Sequence record: SRR20825010_6460
Reading direction: 5' to 3' (one strand)
Length of the DNA stretch: 32,350 nt
Made by a program: the position numbers and the translations under genes
Shown: piece after piece, positions 18,598-27,959 of the stretch
How positions within the stretch are numbered: position 1 is the first letter of the stretch
How the letters are laid out: each line of letters starts with the position of its first letter
Notes under the pieces: generated by a model
What the model was told of the DNA's origin: nothing
Databases searched by the model: none
Seen by the model: only the letters and a program-made list of their open reading frames with translations

Positions 18598-18899
18598 CTA
18601 ACAATTCTGAGTTTATCAATAATATCCTTAGGAATATTTCCTGAATATGCCCCATAAGCATCAACCAATTGGCCCTTGTCCCCATTGGAAGTTTCAATTA
18701 CATTAAGGACCATGTTATCATCTAGATCACTCATTCCCTCAAACCTGTAAAATTTAATTACATTAAAATCCTCAGCAGAATGTATTTTTCTAATTTTTTA
18801 TTTTCTATCCCAACCTCACACAAATTCAAATCTACTGCGAAACCGGCATTTTTTAAAATCAGTTATGGCCTCAGACAATGTTGGATAAGAATTCTTCAT
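18594..18899 (-). pseudogene. Doubly frameshifted small Bacteroidota hypothetical gene (family often labelled 'phosphoribosylpyrophosphate synthetase')
   Basis: Reconstructed MKNSYPTLSEAITD/LKNAGFAVDLNLCEVGIENKKLE/KIHSAEDFNVIKFYRFEGMSDLDDNMVLNVIETSNGDKGQLVDAYGAYSGNIPKDIIDKLRIVR; needs one base removed near 18855 and one added near 18787; as written, the frame holds TGA and TAA. Confidence 0.8.
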
Positions 18900-18972
18900 T
18901 CTCCATATAATTTAAGGATTAATCCAAAAATAACTAGTTTACGATCCACATACAAGAATCTTTAATTTCAAT

Positions 18973-18980
18973 TAACTTTG
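18973..18980 (+). promoter_or_regulatory. Bacteroidota -7 box (TAACTTTG) for the thioredoxin-fold gene
   Basis: Matches TAnnTTTG 30 nt upstream of the ATG at 19011. Confidence 0.6.
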
Positions 18981-19010
18981 TACAAGACCTAAATTCAAAA
19001 CATCAAAGTC

Positions 19011-19568
19011 ATGGCCAATACACCCAGTAACATGCTTCCCTTGGGCACAATAGCTCCCAACTTTAAACTACTAGATACCACTTTGGACAAACAAAAAAGC
19101 CTTCAAGACTTAAAAGGCACAAAGGGTACGGTAATTATGTTCATATGTAACCACTGCCCTTTTGTTAAGCATTTGAACGCCGAAATCGTTAAAACCGCAA
19201 TGGAATATCAACCTAAAGATATTTCATTTATAGCAATTTCCAGCAACGACGTGGAAAACTATCCTCAAGATGCTCCCCATTTAATGAAGCTGATCAGTAT
19301 GGAACAGAAGTATACTTTTCCCTATTTGTACGATGAGAGCCAAGAAGTGGCCAAAGCCTATGATGCCGCCTGTACCCCTGATTTCTATTTATTCGATGCC
19401 AATTTAAAGCTGGTATATCGGGGGCAGTTTGACAACTCCCGTCCGGGAAACGGCATTCCCGTTACCGGGGAGGATTTAAAGACAGCCATGGACGCCCTTC
19501 TTGCAGGAAAAGAAATAAATGAGAAACAAAAACCCAGTATGGGCTGCAATATAAAGTGGAAAAAATAA
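19011..19568 (+). CDS. Thioredoxin-fold peroxiredoxin-like protein (AhpC/TSA family)
   Basis: FICNHCPFV, AYDAACTPDFYLFD and PSMGCNIKWK motifs. Confidence 0.92.
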   Translation: MANTPSNMLPLGTIAPNFKLLDTTLDKQKSLQDLKGTKGTVIMFICNHCPFVKHLNAEIVKTAMEYQPKDISFIAISSNDVENYPQDAPHLMKLISMEQKYTFPYLYDESQEVAKAYDAACTPDFYLFDANLKLVYRGQFDNSRPGNGIPVTGEDLKTAMDALLAGKEINEKQKPSMGCNIKWKK

Positions 19569-19641
19569 TAGTTCCGAACTACATTCTATAGTATTCTATT
19601 GGGCCTAACCTATTGCTGTTCTTAGGAATTCTTTAGGGAAG

Positions 19642-20193
19642 TTATGGGCAAGTCCAACCTTTATGCTCCAGAACGCCTTCTATATGTGCCAGATGATGGT
19701 TACCGTGCCAAGCATATTTTCCTATATTTTCCAGAAGGCTTACCGCCACATTACCATCGGGATGAATATACACCCTTTCCAAATCTTCTTTGGACAAACC
19801 TTTTAAGAGATACACCAATTTCGCATGTAGTGCCTTAAGATAATTTAAGGATAAAACTATTGGTGCATTATTGGCATCGAACAGTTTGCTCCATTCCTTC
19901 TCATCATACGCTTTAATATTAGGTCTATCCTCTGTCAAAGCCCATTTGAATCTGATATAACTATTATGATGGCTATCTGCAATATGATGCACCACTTGCC
20001 TTATGGTCCAACCACCTGGGCGATATGGTGTATTTAGCTGTTGATCGCTAAGATGAATTACCAGGTCCTCCAAACGGGCAGGTAAAGCCTCTAATTCAGA
20101 AATCCAATCGGACAGTGTTACGTCACTTACCGTCTTCGTAAAGACGAAATGGCCAATAGGATACTTTAATTCTTCTAAGGTTCTTTCTTCCAT
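19642..20193 (-). CDS. YfiT/DinB family (bacillithiol transferase BstA-like) metalloprotein
   Basis: LKYPIG, YRPGGWTIRQVVHHIADSH and YAWHGNHHLAHI motifs. Confidence 0.9.
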   Translation of the reverse strand: MEERTLEELKYPIGHFVFTKTVSDVTLSDWISELEALPARLEDLVIHLSDQQLNTPYRPGGWTIRQVVHHIADSHHNSYIRFKWALTEDRPNIKAYDEKEWSKLFDANNAPIVLSLNYLKALHAKLVYLLKGLSKEDLERVYIHPDGNVAVSLLENIGKYAWHGNHHLAHIEGVLEHKGWTCP

Positions 20194-20558
20194 AGCATAA
20201 AATTAAAGAAGAATAATGAATATCAATAGCAAAATCAATGATTAATAACGCAGTATTTTGAGATTTTACCCATCCATTATTTGAGTTGGAAAAAAGGTTG
20301 TCCCCTTGATTCCCTAAATGATAAAAATAAATATTTTAAAAAAATAAAAAGCCGGGAACATGATTAAAAAACATGCAGTAGTTCTTGAATTTCAAAAGAT
20401 TATGAATTAATAGCTAAAATTAATTCTGGTCAAATTAATACCCAAAACCAGTTATTTTTTGTTAAATTTTAATACATTTTTAACCTTTTAAAAAAGTTGG
20501 TTCCAATATAATCTACTAATTTTATAGGATAATAAAATTTTAATTAAAACACTAAAAT

Positions 20559-21197
20559 ATGGCAACAATACGATTGGGCGACGTAGCCCCTGATTTTACA
20601 GCAGATAGTTCCATGGGAATGATCAATTTATATGATTATTTGGGCGATGGATGGGGAATTTTATTTTCACACCCGGCTGATTTTACCCCGGTATGTACGA
20701 CCGAGTTGGGGACTGCCGCAAAATTCAAAGGTGAATTTGACAAACGAAACGTAAAAATGCTGGCACTTAGCGTTGATGGGGTTGCATCTCATGGCGAATG
20801 GATCAAGGATATTAATGAGACACAGCATACCACTGTTAATTTTCCCATTATTGCCGACGATGACAAAAAAGTTTCTACGCTTTACGATATGATACATCCA
20901 AATGCGAACGACAGTTTAACCGTGCGATCCGTTTACATTATAGCTCCGGACAAAACGGTTAAGCTCATAATCACCTATCCTGCTTCTACAGGGCGTAATT
21001 TTCACGAGCTGCTTAGGGTAATAGATTCATTACAGTTAACTGCTTACCACAAAGTAGCCACTCCTGCGAATTGGGAAAATGGAGATAGGGTTGTTGTAAG
21101 TCCGTCTATAAATACCGAGGATGCCAAAAAAATATTTACCAAAGGAGTGGAAGAAATCAAGCCTTATTTAAGGATGACCCCACAGCCGAACCTTTAA
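20559..21197 (+). CDS. 1-Cys peroxiredoxin (Prx6 family)
   Basis: FSHPADFTPVCTTELG, YPASTGRNF and VATPANW motifs. Confidence 0.95.
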   Translation: MATIRLGDVAPDFTADSSMGMINLYDYLGDGWGILFSHPADFTPVCTTELGTAAKFKGEFDKRNVKMLALSVDGVASHGEWIKDINETQHTTVNFPIIADDDKKVSTLYDMIHPNANDSLTVRSVYIIAPDKTVKLIITYPASTGRNFHELLRVIDSLQLTAYHKVATPANWENGDRVVVSPSINTEDAKKIFTKGVEEIKPYLRMTPQPNL

Positions 21198-21236
21198 TTT
21201 AATAATTATACACTTTTGGTCACAATCAAATAATAT

Positions 21237-21267
21237 AGTCTTCCCTAACTAGGGAGGACTTTTTTTT
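21237..21267 (+). terminator. Intrinsic terminator of the peroxiredoxin gene
   Basis: AGTCTTCCCT...AGGGAGGACT stem followed by a T run. Confidence 0.85.
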
Positions 21268-21544
21268 GGTTCTAAATATGCCCCAATCTTATTAAAAGAA
21301 ATATGGGATACATAAAGAATTAATTATCTCAATTGATTATTAAATGGACAGCAACTGCAATAACTTGATCGGGAATAGAATGAAAAATATAACGAAGACC
21401 ATTAGAGCACAGTTGATTAGCAAGTTATTTTCTTTTTCATAAGTCCTGAAGGATTCCCTAAAAAAATATAACTATCAAAAAATCATGCAGTTAAATTATA
21501 AAACCTTATCTTGTGGGCTAATTTAATTTTTTTAATTTTTTATA

Positions 21545-21736
21545 ATGAATAAAGGAACAGTAAAATTCTTCAATGACTCCAAAGGTTTCGGATTTATCAC
21601 TGAAGAAGGCTCAAGCGAAGATCACTTTGTACACATTTCTGGTTTAATCGACGAAATTCGCGAAGGTGATGTTGTAGAATTTGAATTGCAACAAGGTAAA
21701 AAAGGATTGAACGCAGTAAATGTAAAAGTGATTTAA
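21545..21736 (+). CDS. Cold-shock protein (CspA family)
   Basis: KGTVKFFNDSKGFGFI (RNP1) and FVHIS (RNP2). Confidence 0.96.
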   Translation: MNKGTVKFFNDSKGFGFITEEGSSEDHFVHISGLIDEIREGDVVEFELQQGKKGLNAVNVKVI

Positions 21737-21766
21737 TAATTACGGTACAATTTTTTTAGAAAATAG

Positions 21767-21792
21767 AGCCCATCCTATCGGATGGGTTTTTT
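21767..21792 (+). terminator. Intrinsic terminator of the csp gene
   Basis: AGCCCATCC-TATC-GGATGGGTT stem followed by a T run. Confidence 0.85.
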
Positions 21793-21902
21793 ATTGGACT
21801 TTGGTGTAAATAAAAACACACCTCCTTATATTTTAACATCCTCTTTTCAATTCCAATTTTGCCCGAATTTTCGCCCTAAAAGGTAATATTTATATTTTTT
21901 AC

Positions 21903-21928
21903 GCAACCTTTCCCCTATTTCATCATCT
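21903..21928 (+). promoter_or_regulatory. Putative ECF sigma promoter (GCAACC-N15-CATCT)
   Basis: AAC-type -35 and C(G/A)TC-type -10 arrangement about 45 nt upstream of the small ORF at 21972. Confidence 0.4.
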
Positions 21929-21971
21929 TGCTTTTAAACACTGAATATACACCATTATAAATAACTTTAGC

Positions 21972-22058
21972 ATGACCACTTTTTTCACTATTCTACTGTC
22001 CTTGTTGGTAATAAACATAGCCCTTTTAGTTCTAAGTCTAAATAGGACCAAAAGGTAA
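21972..22058 (+). CDS. Putative 28-aa single-pass membrane microprotein
   Basis: MTTFFTILLSLLVINIALLVLSLNRTKR: hydrophobic helix with basic tail, AT-rich leader, candidate promoter and downstream terminator. Confidence 0.6.
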   Translation: MTTFFTILLSLLVINIALLVLSLNRTKR

Positions 22059-22153
22059 AAAGCAATTTCGAATTCACCGCTTCTGGCTTAACTTCATAAT
22101 ATAAACAATGGGGTTGAATACATTCGTCGGCTCCGAATTATCCGAACTTATAG

Positions 22154-22191
22154 TATAAAAAAGGCCCTAATTACTTAGGGCCTTTTTTATA
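22154..22191. terminator. Bidirectional intrinsic terminator
   Basis: TATAAAAAAGGCCCTAA-TTAC-TTAGGGCCTTTTTTATA perfect 17-bp inverted repeat. Confidence 0.9.
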
Positions 22192-22203
22192 TGAATTGGG
22201 ATC

Positions 22204-23136
22204 TTATCCTATCCCCATTAATTCTACGTCAAATATAAGGGTGGCATTTGGCGGTATAACCCCTCCAGCACCTGCGCTTCCATAAGCCAAATTAGAAGGA
22301 ATTACAAACCTGGCTTTGTCACCAACCTTCAATAGGCCAATGCCTTCATCCCATCCCGGAATTACCTGGCCTACACCCAATTGAAAACTAATAGGTTCCT
22401 TTCTTTTATAGGAAGAATCAAAAACTTGACCGTTCAACAAGGATCCTTCATAATGGACAGAAACATTTTTTCCACTGACTGCCTTAGTTCCTTTTCCCTC
22501 TTGAACAATTTTATATCTAAGTCCACTTTCCGTTTCATTAAAGCCTGCGGCTACCTTATCCAATTCAGCTGCTATTTTTTTCTTTTCCTCGGCAAGTCTT
22601 TTTTCCCTTGAACCCTCAAAAGTCCTAAAAGCCTCTACCGCATTCCATTTATCGGCTTCCGCACCGATTCTTTCTATGGTTAAACTTTCTATTTTATCTC
22701 CTTGTTTAATAGCATCCACTACATCCTGACCTTCTACTACGTGCCCAAAAACAGTATGCTTGTTATCTAACCAAGGAGTAGCCACATGGGTAATAAAGAA
22801 TTGGGTGCCATTTGTTCCTGGACCTGCATTGGCCATTGAAAGTACACCAGGTCCGTCATGAGTAAGATCTGGATGAAATTCATCATCAAATTTATAACCT
22901 CCGTCACCGGTACCCGTTCCCAGTGGACAACCACCCTGAATCATAAAATCCGGAATAACCCTATGGAATTTTAATCCGTCATAATAAGGCTTACCTTGAG
23001 TTTTGATACTATTTTCTAGATTACCTTCCGCCAAGGCTACAAAGTTCCCCACAGTACCAGGGGTTTTATCATGGGTAAGCTTTACCAGTATTTCTCCTTT
23101 CGAAGTATTGAATTTTGCGTAAATTCCGTCTTGCAT
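22204..23136 (-). CDS. Peptidyl-prolyl isomerase, cyclophilin + FKBP fusion
   Basis: [25 protein letters not shown] (cyclophilin); VHYEG...FDSS...VIPGWDEG...[13 protein letters not shown] (FKBP). Confidence 0.95.
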   Translation of the reverse strand: MQDGIYAKFNTSKGEILVKLTHDKTPGTVGNFVALAEGNLENSIKTQGKPYYDGLKFHRVIPDFMIQGGCPLGTGTGDGGYKFDDEFHPDLTHDGPGVLSMANAGPGTNGTQFFITHVATPWLDNKHTVFGHVVEGQDVVDAIKQGDKIESLTIERIGAEADKWNAVEAFRTFEGSREKRLAEEKKKIAAELDKVAAGFNETESGLRYKIVQEGKGTKAVSGKNVSVHYEGSLLNGQVFDSSYKRKEPISFQLGVGQVIPGWDEGIGLLKVGDKARFVIPSNLAYGSAGAGGVIPPNATLIFDVELMGIG

Positions 23137-23159
23137 ATCGCTGTTTTTTAATTAGTCCG

Positions 23160-23167
23160 CAAAGGTA
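23160..23167 (-). promoter_or_regulatory. Bacteroidota -7 box (TACCTTTG) for the PPIase
   Basis: CAAAGGTA on + strand about 24 nt upstream of the start. Confidence 0.6.
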
Positions 23168-23290
23168 AGGATAAGTTTTCTGTTTATAAAAAGCTCTATA
23201 TATTAGAAAACATTAATCTACTTTGTAATATCCATTATTTACAACAAACTTCCTCCTGCCAAATATAATTCCTGTAGTTAGGGGAAGTAA

Positions 23291-24664
23291 CTATTTAATG
23301 CCATACTGATCAAACAAATAAATTAAACTGGCCATTGAGGCGGCTCCAAGTTCCAGCTCCCTTTTATTTACATGTGCAAAGGTGTCATTTGCAGAATGGT
23401 GATGATCAAAATACCGTTGACTGTCAGGTCTTAAACCGGCCAAAACAATATTATCATTTTTTAGCGGTCCAATATCAGCTCCACTCCCACCTTTTACAAA
23501 CAGATGTACCAAATAGGGTTCGAACAAGCTTTTCCAACTCTCTATCTGTTTAAAATTTGCCTGATTACAATCAAAAGAAAAACCCCGGGGCGTAAAACCC
23601 CCGGCATCACTTTCAAGGGCAAAAATATGTTTCTCATTATTCTTGGAGGCTTGCTCCGCATACTCGGTTCCCCCACGAAGTCCGTTTTCCTCGTTCATAA
23701 AGAGTACCACCCGTATGGTGCGTTTAGGTTTGTATCCAGTAGCCTTAAGCAACCTTAGCACTTCCATGCTCTGAACACAACCCGCACCGTCATCATGCGA
23801 ACCGTCACCCAGATCCCACGAATCCAAATGTCCACCTACTACCAAAATTTCATTTGGGTAGGTACTACCTTTAATTTCCCCAATTACATTGTAAGAATCT
23901 ACATCTGGCAACATTTTGCAATTTTGTCTAAAGAAAAAATTTATGTCCGGATTAAGTTTCAAGGTGGCACTTAGCAATTCGGCCCCATTTGTACTTATGG
24001 CCGCAGCGGGAATCCTGCTTTCCACAGGGGTATCTCCATAACTCATAGCACCCGTATGGGGAAAATCGTCCAATCTAAGGTTCAACGATCTTACTATAAC
24101 CCCTACTGCTCCGTATTTAGCAGCTTCTGTGGCACCTGCATATCGTTGGTCCACGGAACCGCTATAAGACATATAGGTGTCAATATTGGTTGGGTCCATG
24201 GCTTTATTAAAAAATACAATCTTACCTTGAATTTTTTCTTTGCCCAATACTTTTAAGCCCTCTACCCCCTGTACCTCCACGACCCCTGCCTTTATACCGC
24301 CTAGGGGAGTAGCTACGGATCCTCCCAGAGCGCATATTGGAACATTGTTGGTTAATCCCGGATCACTCTCAATATATGCAAATTCCGGTGTGCCCCTTAC
24401 CCACTTTGGAACTTTAACAGGCTGAAGCCAAACGCGGTCCAGACCCATGGAATCCAGAATTTTTTTTGTGTAATCCACGGCCTTCTGTGCCTGCAAAGAA
24501 CCTGAAAGTCTTCCTCCAATCTGGTTGGATAAATAGTTTAACCAAGCATAACCACTTCCATTGGTCAGGGCATTATTATATATTTCATTAATTTGCTTTT
24601 GATCATTGTTCTGTGCTTCAATCTGTGTAGTAATTAGTAAAAATACCAACAATAAATACCTCAT
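23291..24664 (-). CDS. Secreted M28 family metallopeptidase (carboxypeptidase Q-like)
   Basis: Signal peptide; GGHLDSWD, HDDGAG, NEENGL, ESDAG and YFDHHHSANDT motifs. Confidence 0.92.
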   Translation of the reverse strand: MRYLLLVFLLITTQIEAQNNDQKQINEIYNNALTNGSGYAWLNYLSNQIGGRLSGSLQAQKAVDYTKKILDSMGLDRVWLQPVKVPKWVRGTPEFAYIESDPGLTNNVPICALGGSVATPLGGIKAGVVEVQGVEGLKVLGKEKIQGKIVFFNKAMDPTNIDTYMSYSGSVDQRYAGATEAAKYGAVGVIVRSLNLRLDDFPHTGAMSYGDTPVESRIPAAAISTNGAELLSATLKLNPDINFFFRQNCKMLPDVDSYNVIGEIKGSTYPNEILVVGGHLDSWDLGDGSHDDGAGCVQSMEVLRLLKATGYKPKRTIRVVLFMNEENGLRGGTEYAEQASKNNEKHIFALESDAGGFTPRGFSFDCNQANFKQIESWKSLFEPYLVHLFVKGGSGADIGPLKNDNIVLAGLRPDSQRYFDHHHSANDTFAHVNKRELELGAASMASLIYLFDQYGIK

Positions 24665-25539
24665 TCGTTTTCCAGTTGTTTTTTATATTCTTCTAAATTA
24701 GCCTTTATTTTATCATCCAGTTCCGGTTCCCTTATATCTTTGTATTTTTTTAACTCTTCATGTAAAATACTGGCAACTATTAACCTGGCAGCCTTTTTGT
24801 TGTCCGAAGGAATAACAAACCAAGGTGCATGTGGTTTTGAGGTATTGTTAAGCGCATCCTCATAGCATTTTTGGTACTCATCCCAAATTAGCCTTTCCTT
24901 TAAATCGCCAGGGGAAAACTTCCAATTTTTCTTCCTTAATTCCAACCTCCGTAATAATCGTTGTCGCTGCTCCTCTTTGGACAAATGCAGAAAGAATTTA
25001 AATATGATAGTTCCGTTATCGGCAATATGCCGTTCAAAATTATTTATTTGTTCAAAGCGTTTGTCCCAAAAACTTTGATCTATGTCATCTACACTATGGA
25101 TCCCAGGAATATGTTCGTTCATAATATATTCCGGATGTACCCTGGTCACCAAAACATTCTCATAATGTGTACGGTTAAAAACCCCAAATTTTCCCTTTGC
25201 GGGCAGGGCAATATAATGCCGCCAAATATAGTCGTGCTTTAATTCCAGTTCTGTTGGCACCTTAAAACTGTGGACCACCACTCCCCTGGCATTAAAATCT
25301 TTGAATACTTCCCTGATCAAGCTGTCCTTCCCAGCAGTATCGGTACCCTGTAAACAAATTAAAACGCTGTATTTGGCATGGGCATACAATGTATCCTGAA
25401 ACTCCCCAAGCTCTATCCTAACGCTTTCCAGTGCCTTCCTTAATTTTTTATCCGAGGACTCCAAATCTTCCCTCGTATTTAAATCAGATAATTTAATTTC
25501 GCTATCAACCCTGTAAGTCGCTGCTTCTATGTTCTTCAT
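24661..25539 (-). CDS. ppk2: Polyphosphate kinase 2 family (class III-like) polyphosphate:nucleotide phosphotransferase
   Basis: QGTDTAGKD Walker A, FNRTHYE Walker B, WKFSPGD and APWFVIPSD motifs. Confidence 0.92.
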   Translation of the reverse strand: MKNIEAATYRVDSEIKLSDLNTREDLESSDKKLRKALESVRIELGEFQDTLYAHAKYSVLICLQGTDTAGKDSLIREVFKDFNARGVVVHSFKVPTELELKHDYIWRHYIALPAKGKFGVFNRTHYENVLVTRVHPEYIMNEHIPGIHSVDDIDQSFWDKRFEQINNFERHIADNGTIIFKFFLHLSKEEQRQRLLRRLELRKKNWKFSPGDLKERLIWDEYQKCYEDALNNTSKPHAPWFVIPSDNKKAARLIVASILHEELKKYKDIREPELDDKIKANLEEYKKQLENE

Positions 25540-25939
25540 GAATTAGGTTTAGTGCTCCATTGTTGAGCAATTTAAAATAAAAAATATATGAAATATTTTA
25601 GATTACCTAAAAGTCAGGTCTAGAATTCCCTTGGTCAACGGATTTATTCAACAATTGTAAATATTATGTCGACTTCCAAACCATATATTCCTATCTACGC
25701 TAGGAATAAGGAATTGCCTTACCCTACCAAAGAGAGATAGGAGCTTTTATGGAACTTTATCGATCATTTACAAGGAAACCCGGAACAAAAAATAACCATA
25801 TATCCATAGAAAGTTTCAGTTGGTCTAAAAAAACGGTCCATAGCTGTACTTCATCGAAAAAATCATGAAAAAACAAAGTCGTAAGATTACCTTTACAAGG
25901 TTATATTTCCCAGTATAACAATAAACTAAAACCTACTTT

Positions 25940-26632
25940 ATGAGACTTTCCGTTCTAGCTGTTTGTTCTTTTTTGGCGTTGTTTATTTTTTCTTCTTTTA
26001 AAAGTAACAAAGCCTGTGAATATGCCGGTTCCAATATTGGCTACATCCAATCACAAACTGAAAAGGCAATAGCCACCGAGGACATTAACATGTCGAAATA
26101 TTTCGCCTATAAAGCGTTGAACGCCATAGTAAAATCCAAGTCGCAATTAGAGGATTGTGGTTGTGAGCATGCCATGGAACTTATAGACGAAAGTTCCGTT
26201 AACTTAACCAACGCTACCAGAGCTACTTCGCTGCCAGGTGTCAAAATATTACTAAAAAAGGCTTTGGACAATGCTTTGGGAGGTATGGAAGCCTTGCACG
26301 AACACGACTCCCATGATAGTAGGTACAATAATGATGTTCTGGCCATGAATACCAAGACTTCCATAGCCGAAAAAGAATCACACAAACTTCTGGATAACAA
26401 TACCCTTGAAATAAAAGTGGATATTGCTTTGGAAAAGTTCAAAGAATCTCTGGACAAGGTGGTAGAATCCGTAGATTGCAAGGAGGCTACTGCATTTGCA
26501 CAAAACGTTTATGATATCTGTGAACAGCAACTTATGAAGCCCAATCTTTCCGAAGGCAAAAAGTATTACAACTTAAAAACCAAGGAAATTGCTGCCAACG
26601 CCCTTAAAAAGTTGAGCGGCTGCAAGAACTAA
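25940..26632 (+). CDS. Hypothetical secreted helical, Cys-containing protein
   Basis: 230-aa ORF with signal peptide and AT-rich leader; no recognised family. Confidence 0.75.
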   Translation: MRLSVLAVCSFLALFIFSSFKSNKACEYAGSNIGYIQSQTEKAIATEDINMSKYFAYKALNAIVKSKSQLEDCGCEHAMELIDESSVNLTNATRATSLPGVKILLKKALDNALGGMEALHEHDSHDSRYNNDVLAMNTKTSIAEKESHKLLDNNTLEIKVDIALEKFKESLDKVVESVDCKEATAFAQNVYDICEQQLMKPNLSEGKKYYNLKTKEIAANALKKLSGCKN

Positions 26633-26784
26633 GAATTACTGCTGAAAATAGTTAAATAGGGAGGGTTTAATTCCCATGCGACTAAATTTCCTTGAACTTT
26701 ATTAAAGTCGTGTATTTATAGCTTTTAATTTCCCCATTCTTCCATAATCAGCCATATAGCCCGTCACAATATAGCCAAGTCTGC

Positions 26785-27948
26785 TTATTTACTGGCAAAA
26801 GATTTTACGTCTTCCTCGGTTACTTCATTACCCCCAAGAATTATAAGGCGCTCTACAACATTTCTCAACTCCCTAATATTTCCGGTCCAATCATACCCCT
26901 TTAGCAAGGCAATGGCCTTTGCCGAAAATGTTTTGGGCGCAGTACCTTGTTCAGCGGCTATTTTTTCGGAGAAATGCTTGATGAGCAATGGAATATCATC
27001 CCTTCTGTCGTTTAAGGCAGGTACCTTGATCAGAATTACGGCCAACCTATGGTATAGATCTTCACGGAACCTTCCGCTCTCTATTTCCTTTTTTAGGTCC
27101 TTATTGGTTGCGGCCACTACCCTAACATCTACTTTGATATCTTTATCCGATCCAACCCGGCTTATTTTATTTTCCTGAAGTGCCCTAAGCACTTTTGCTT
27201 GGGCAGAGAGGCTCATATCCCCTATCTCGTCCAAAAATATGGTTCCATGATTGGCTGCTTCAAATTTGCCGGCCCGGTCCTTCACAGCTGAGGTAAAGGC
27301 TCCCTTAACGTGTCCGAAAAGTTCACTTTCAATTAATTCGGAAGGGATTGCTGCACAATTGACCTCAATCAAAGGATTGGTATTTCGCTCACTTTTTTCA
27401 TGTATCCAATGGGCCACAAGTTCCTTACCCGTACCGTTGGAACCCGTAATGAGGACTCTGGCATCGGTTGGAGCCACCTTCTCTATCATGTCCTTAATTA
27501 CGGAGATTTCCTTACTTTCCCCGATCATTTCATAGTTTTTGCTAACTTTTTTCTTTAAGATCTTATTTTCTACCACCAAATCCTTTCTATCCAAGGCATT
27601 GCGCACTGTAGTCAACAACCGGTTTAGGTCTGGCGGTTTGGAAATATAATCGAAGGCCCCGAGCCTCATGGTATTCACGGCCGTATCCAGGTCCCCGTGC
27701 CCGGATATCATAATAAAGGGAATTTCAGGCTTTATTTTTCTAGCCGCTACCAATACCTCAACCCCGTCCATTTTCGGCATCTTGATATCGCACAGCACAA
27801 GATCAAAATCATCTTTTTTTATTGATTCCAATCCCATCAACCCATCTTCGGCCTCCTCTACTTTATAGTTTTCATTTTCTTCCGAAAGGATTTTCACCAA
27901 AACCCTTCTAATGGCCGATTCATCCTCAATAACCAGTATTCTAGACAT
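26785..27948 (-). CDS. Sigma-54-dependent response regulator (receiver + AAA+), NtrC/NtrX-like
   Basis: CDIKMPKMDG receiver; GSNGTGKE, ESELFGHVKGAFTSA, FLDEIG, WTGNIRELRN. Confidence 0.95.
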   Translation of the reverse strand: MSRILVIEDESAIRRVLVKILSEENENYKVEEAEDGLMGLESIKKDDFDLVLCDIKMPKMDGVEVLVAARKIKPEIPFIMISGHGDLDTAVNTMRLGAFDYISKPPDLNRLLTTVRNALDRKDLVVENKILKKKVSKNYEMIGESKEISVIKDMIEKVAPTDARVLITGSNGTGKELVAHWIHEKSERNTNPLIEVNCAAIPSELIESELFGHVKGAFTSAVKDRAGKFEAANHGTIFLDEIGDMSLSAQAKVLRALQENKISRVGSDKDIKVDVRVVAATNKDLKKEIESGRFREDLYHRLAVILIKVPALNDRRDDIPLLIKHFSEKIAAEQGTAPKTFSAKAIALLKGYDWTGNIRELRNVVERLIILGGNEVTEEDVKSFASK

Positions 27949-27959
27949 AATTAAGTATT

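Noticed and set aside
18780..18965. 61-aa plus-strand ORF
   Set aside because: Antisense to the frameshifted gene, with no motif
22204..23136. Cyclophilin-FKBP fusion as a novelty
   Set aside because: This dual-domain PPIase is already known from flavobacteria
23578..23606. AAAACCCC(C)GG direct repeat
   Set aside because: Lies inside the M28 peptidase and simply encodes AGGFTPRGF
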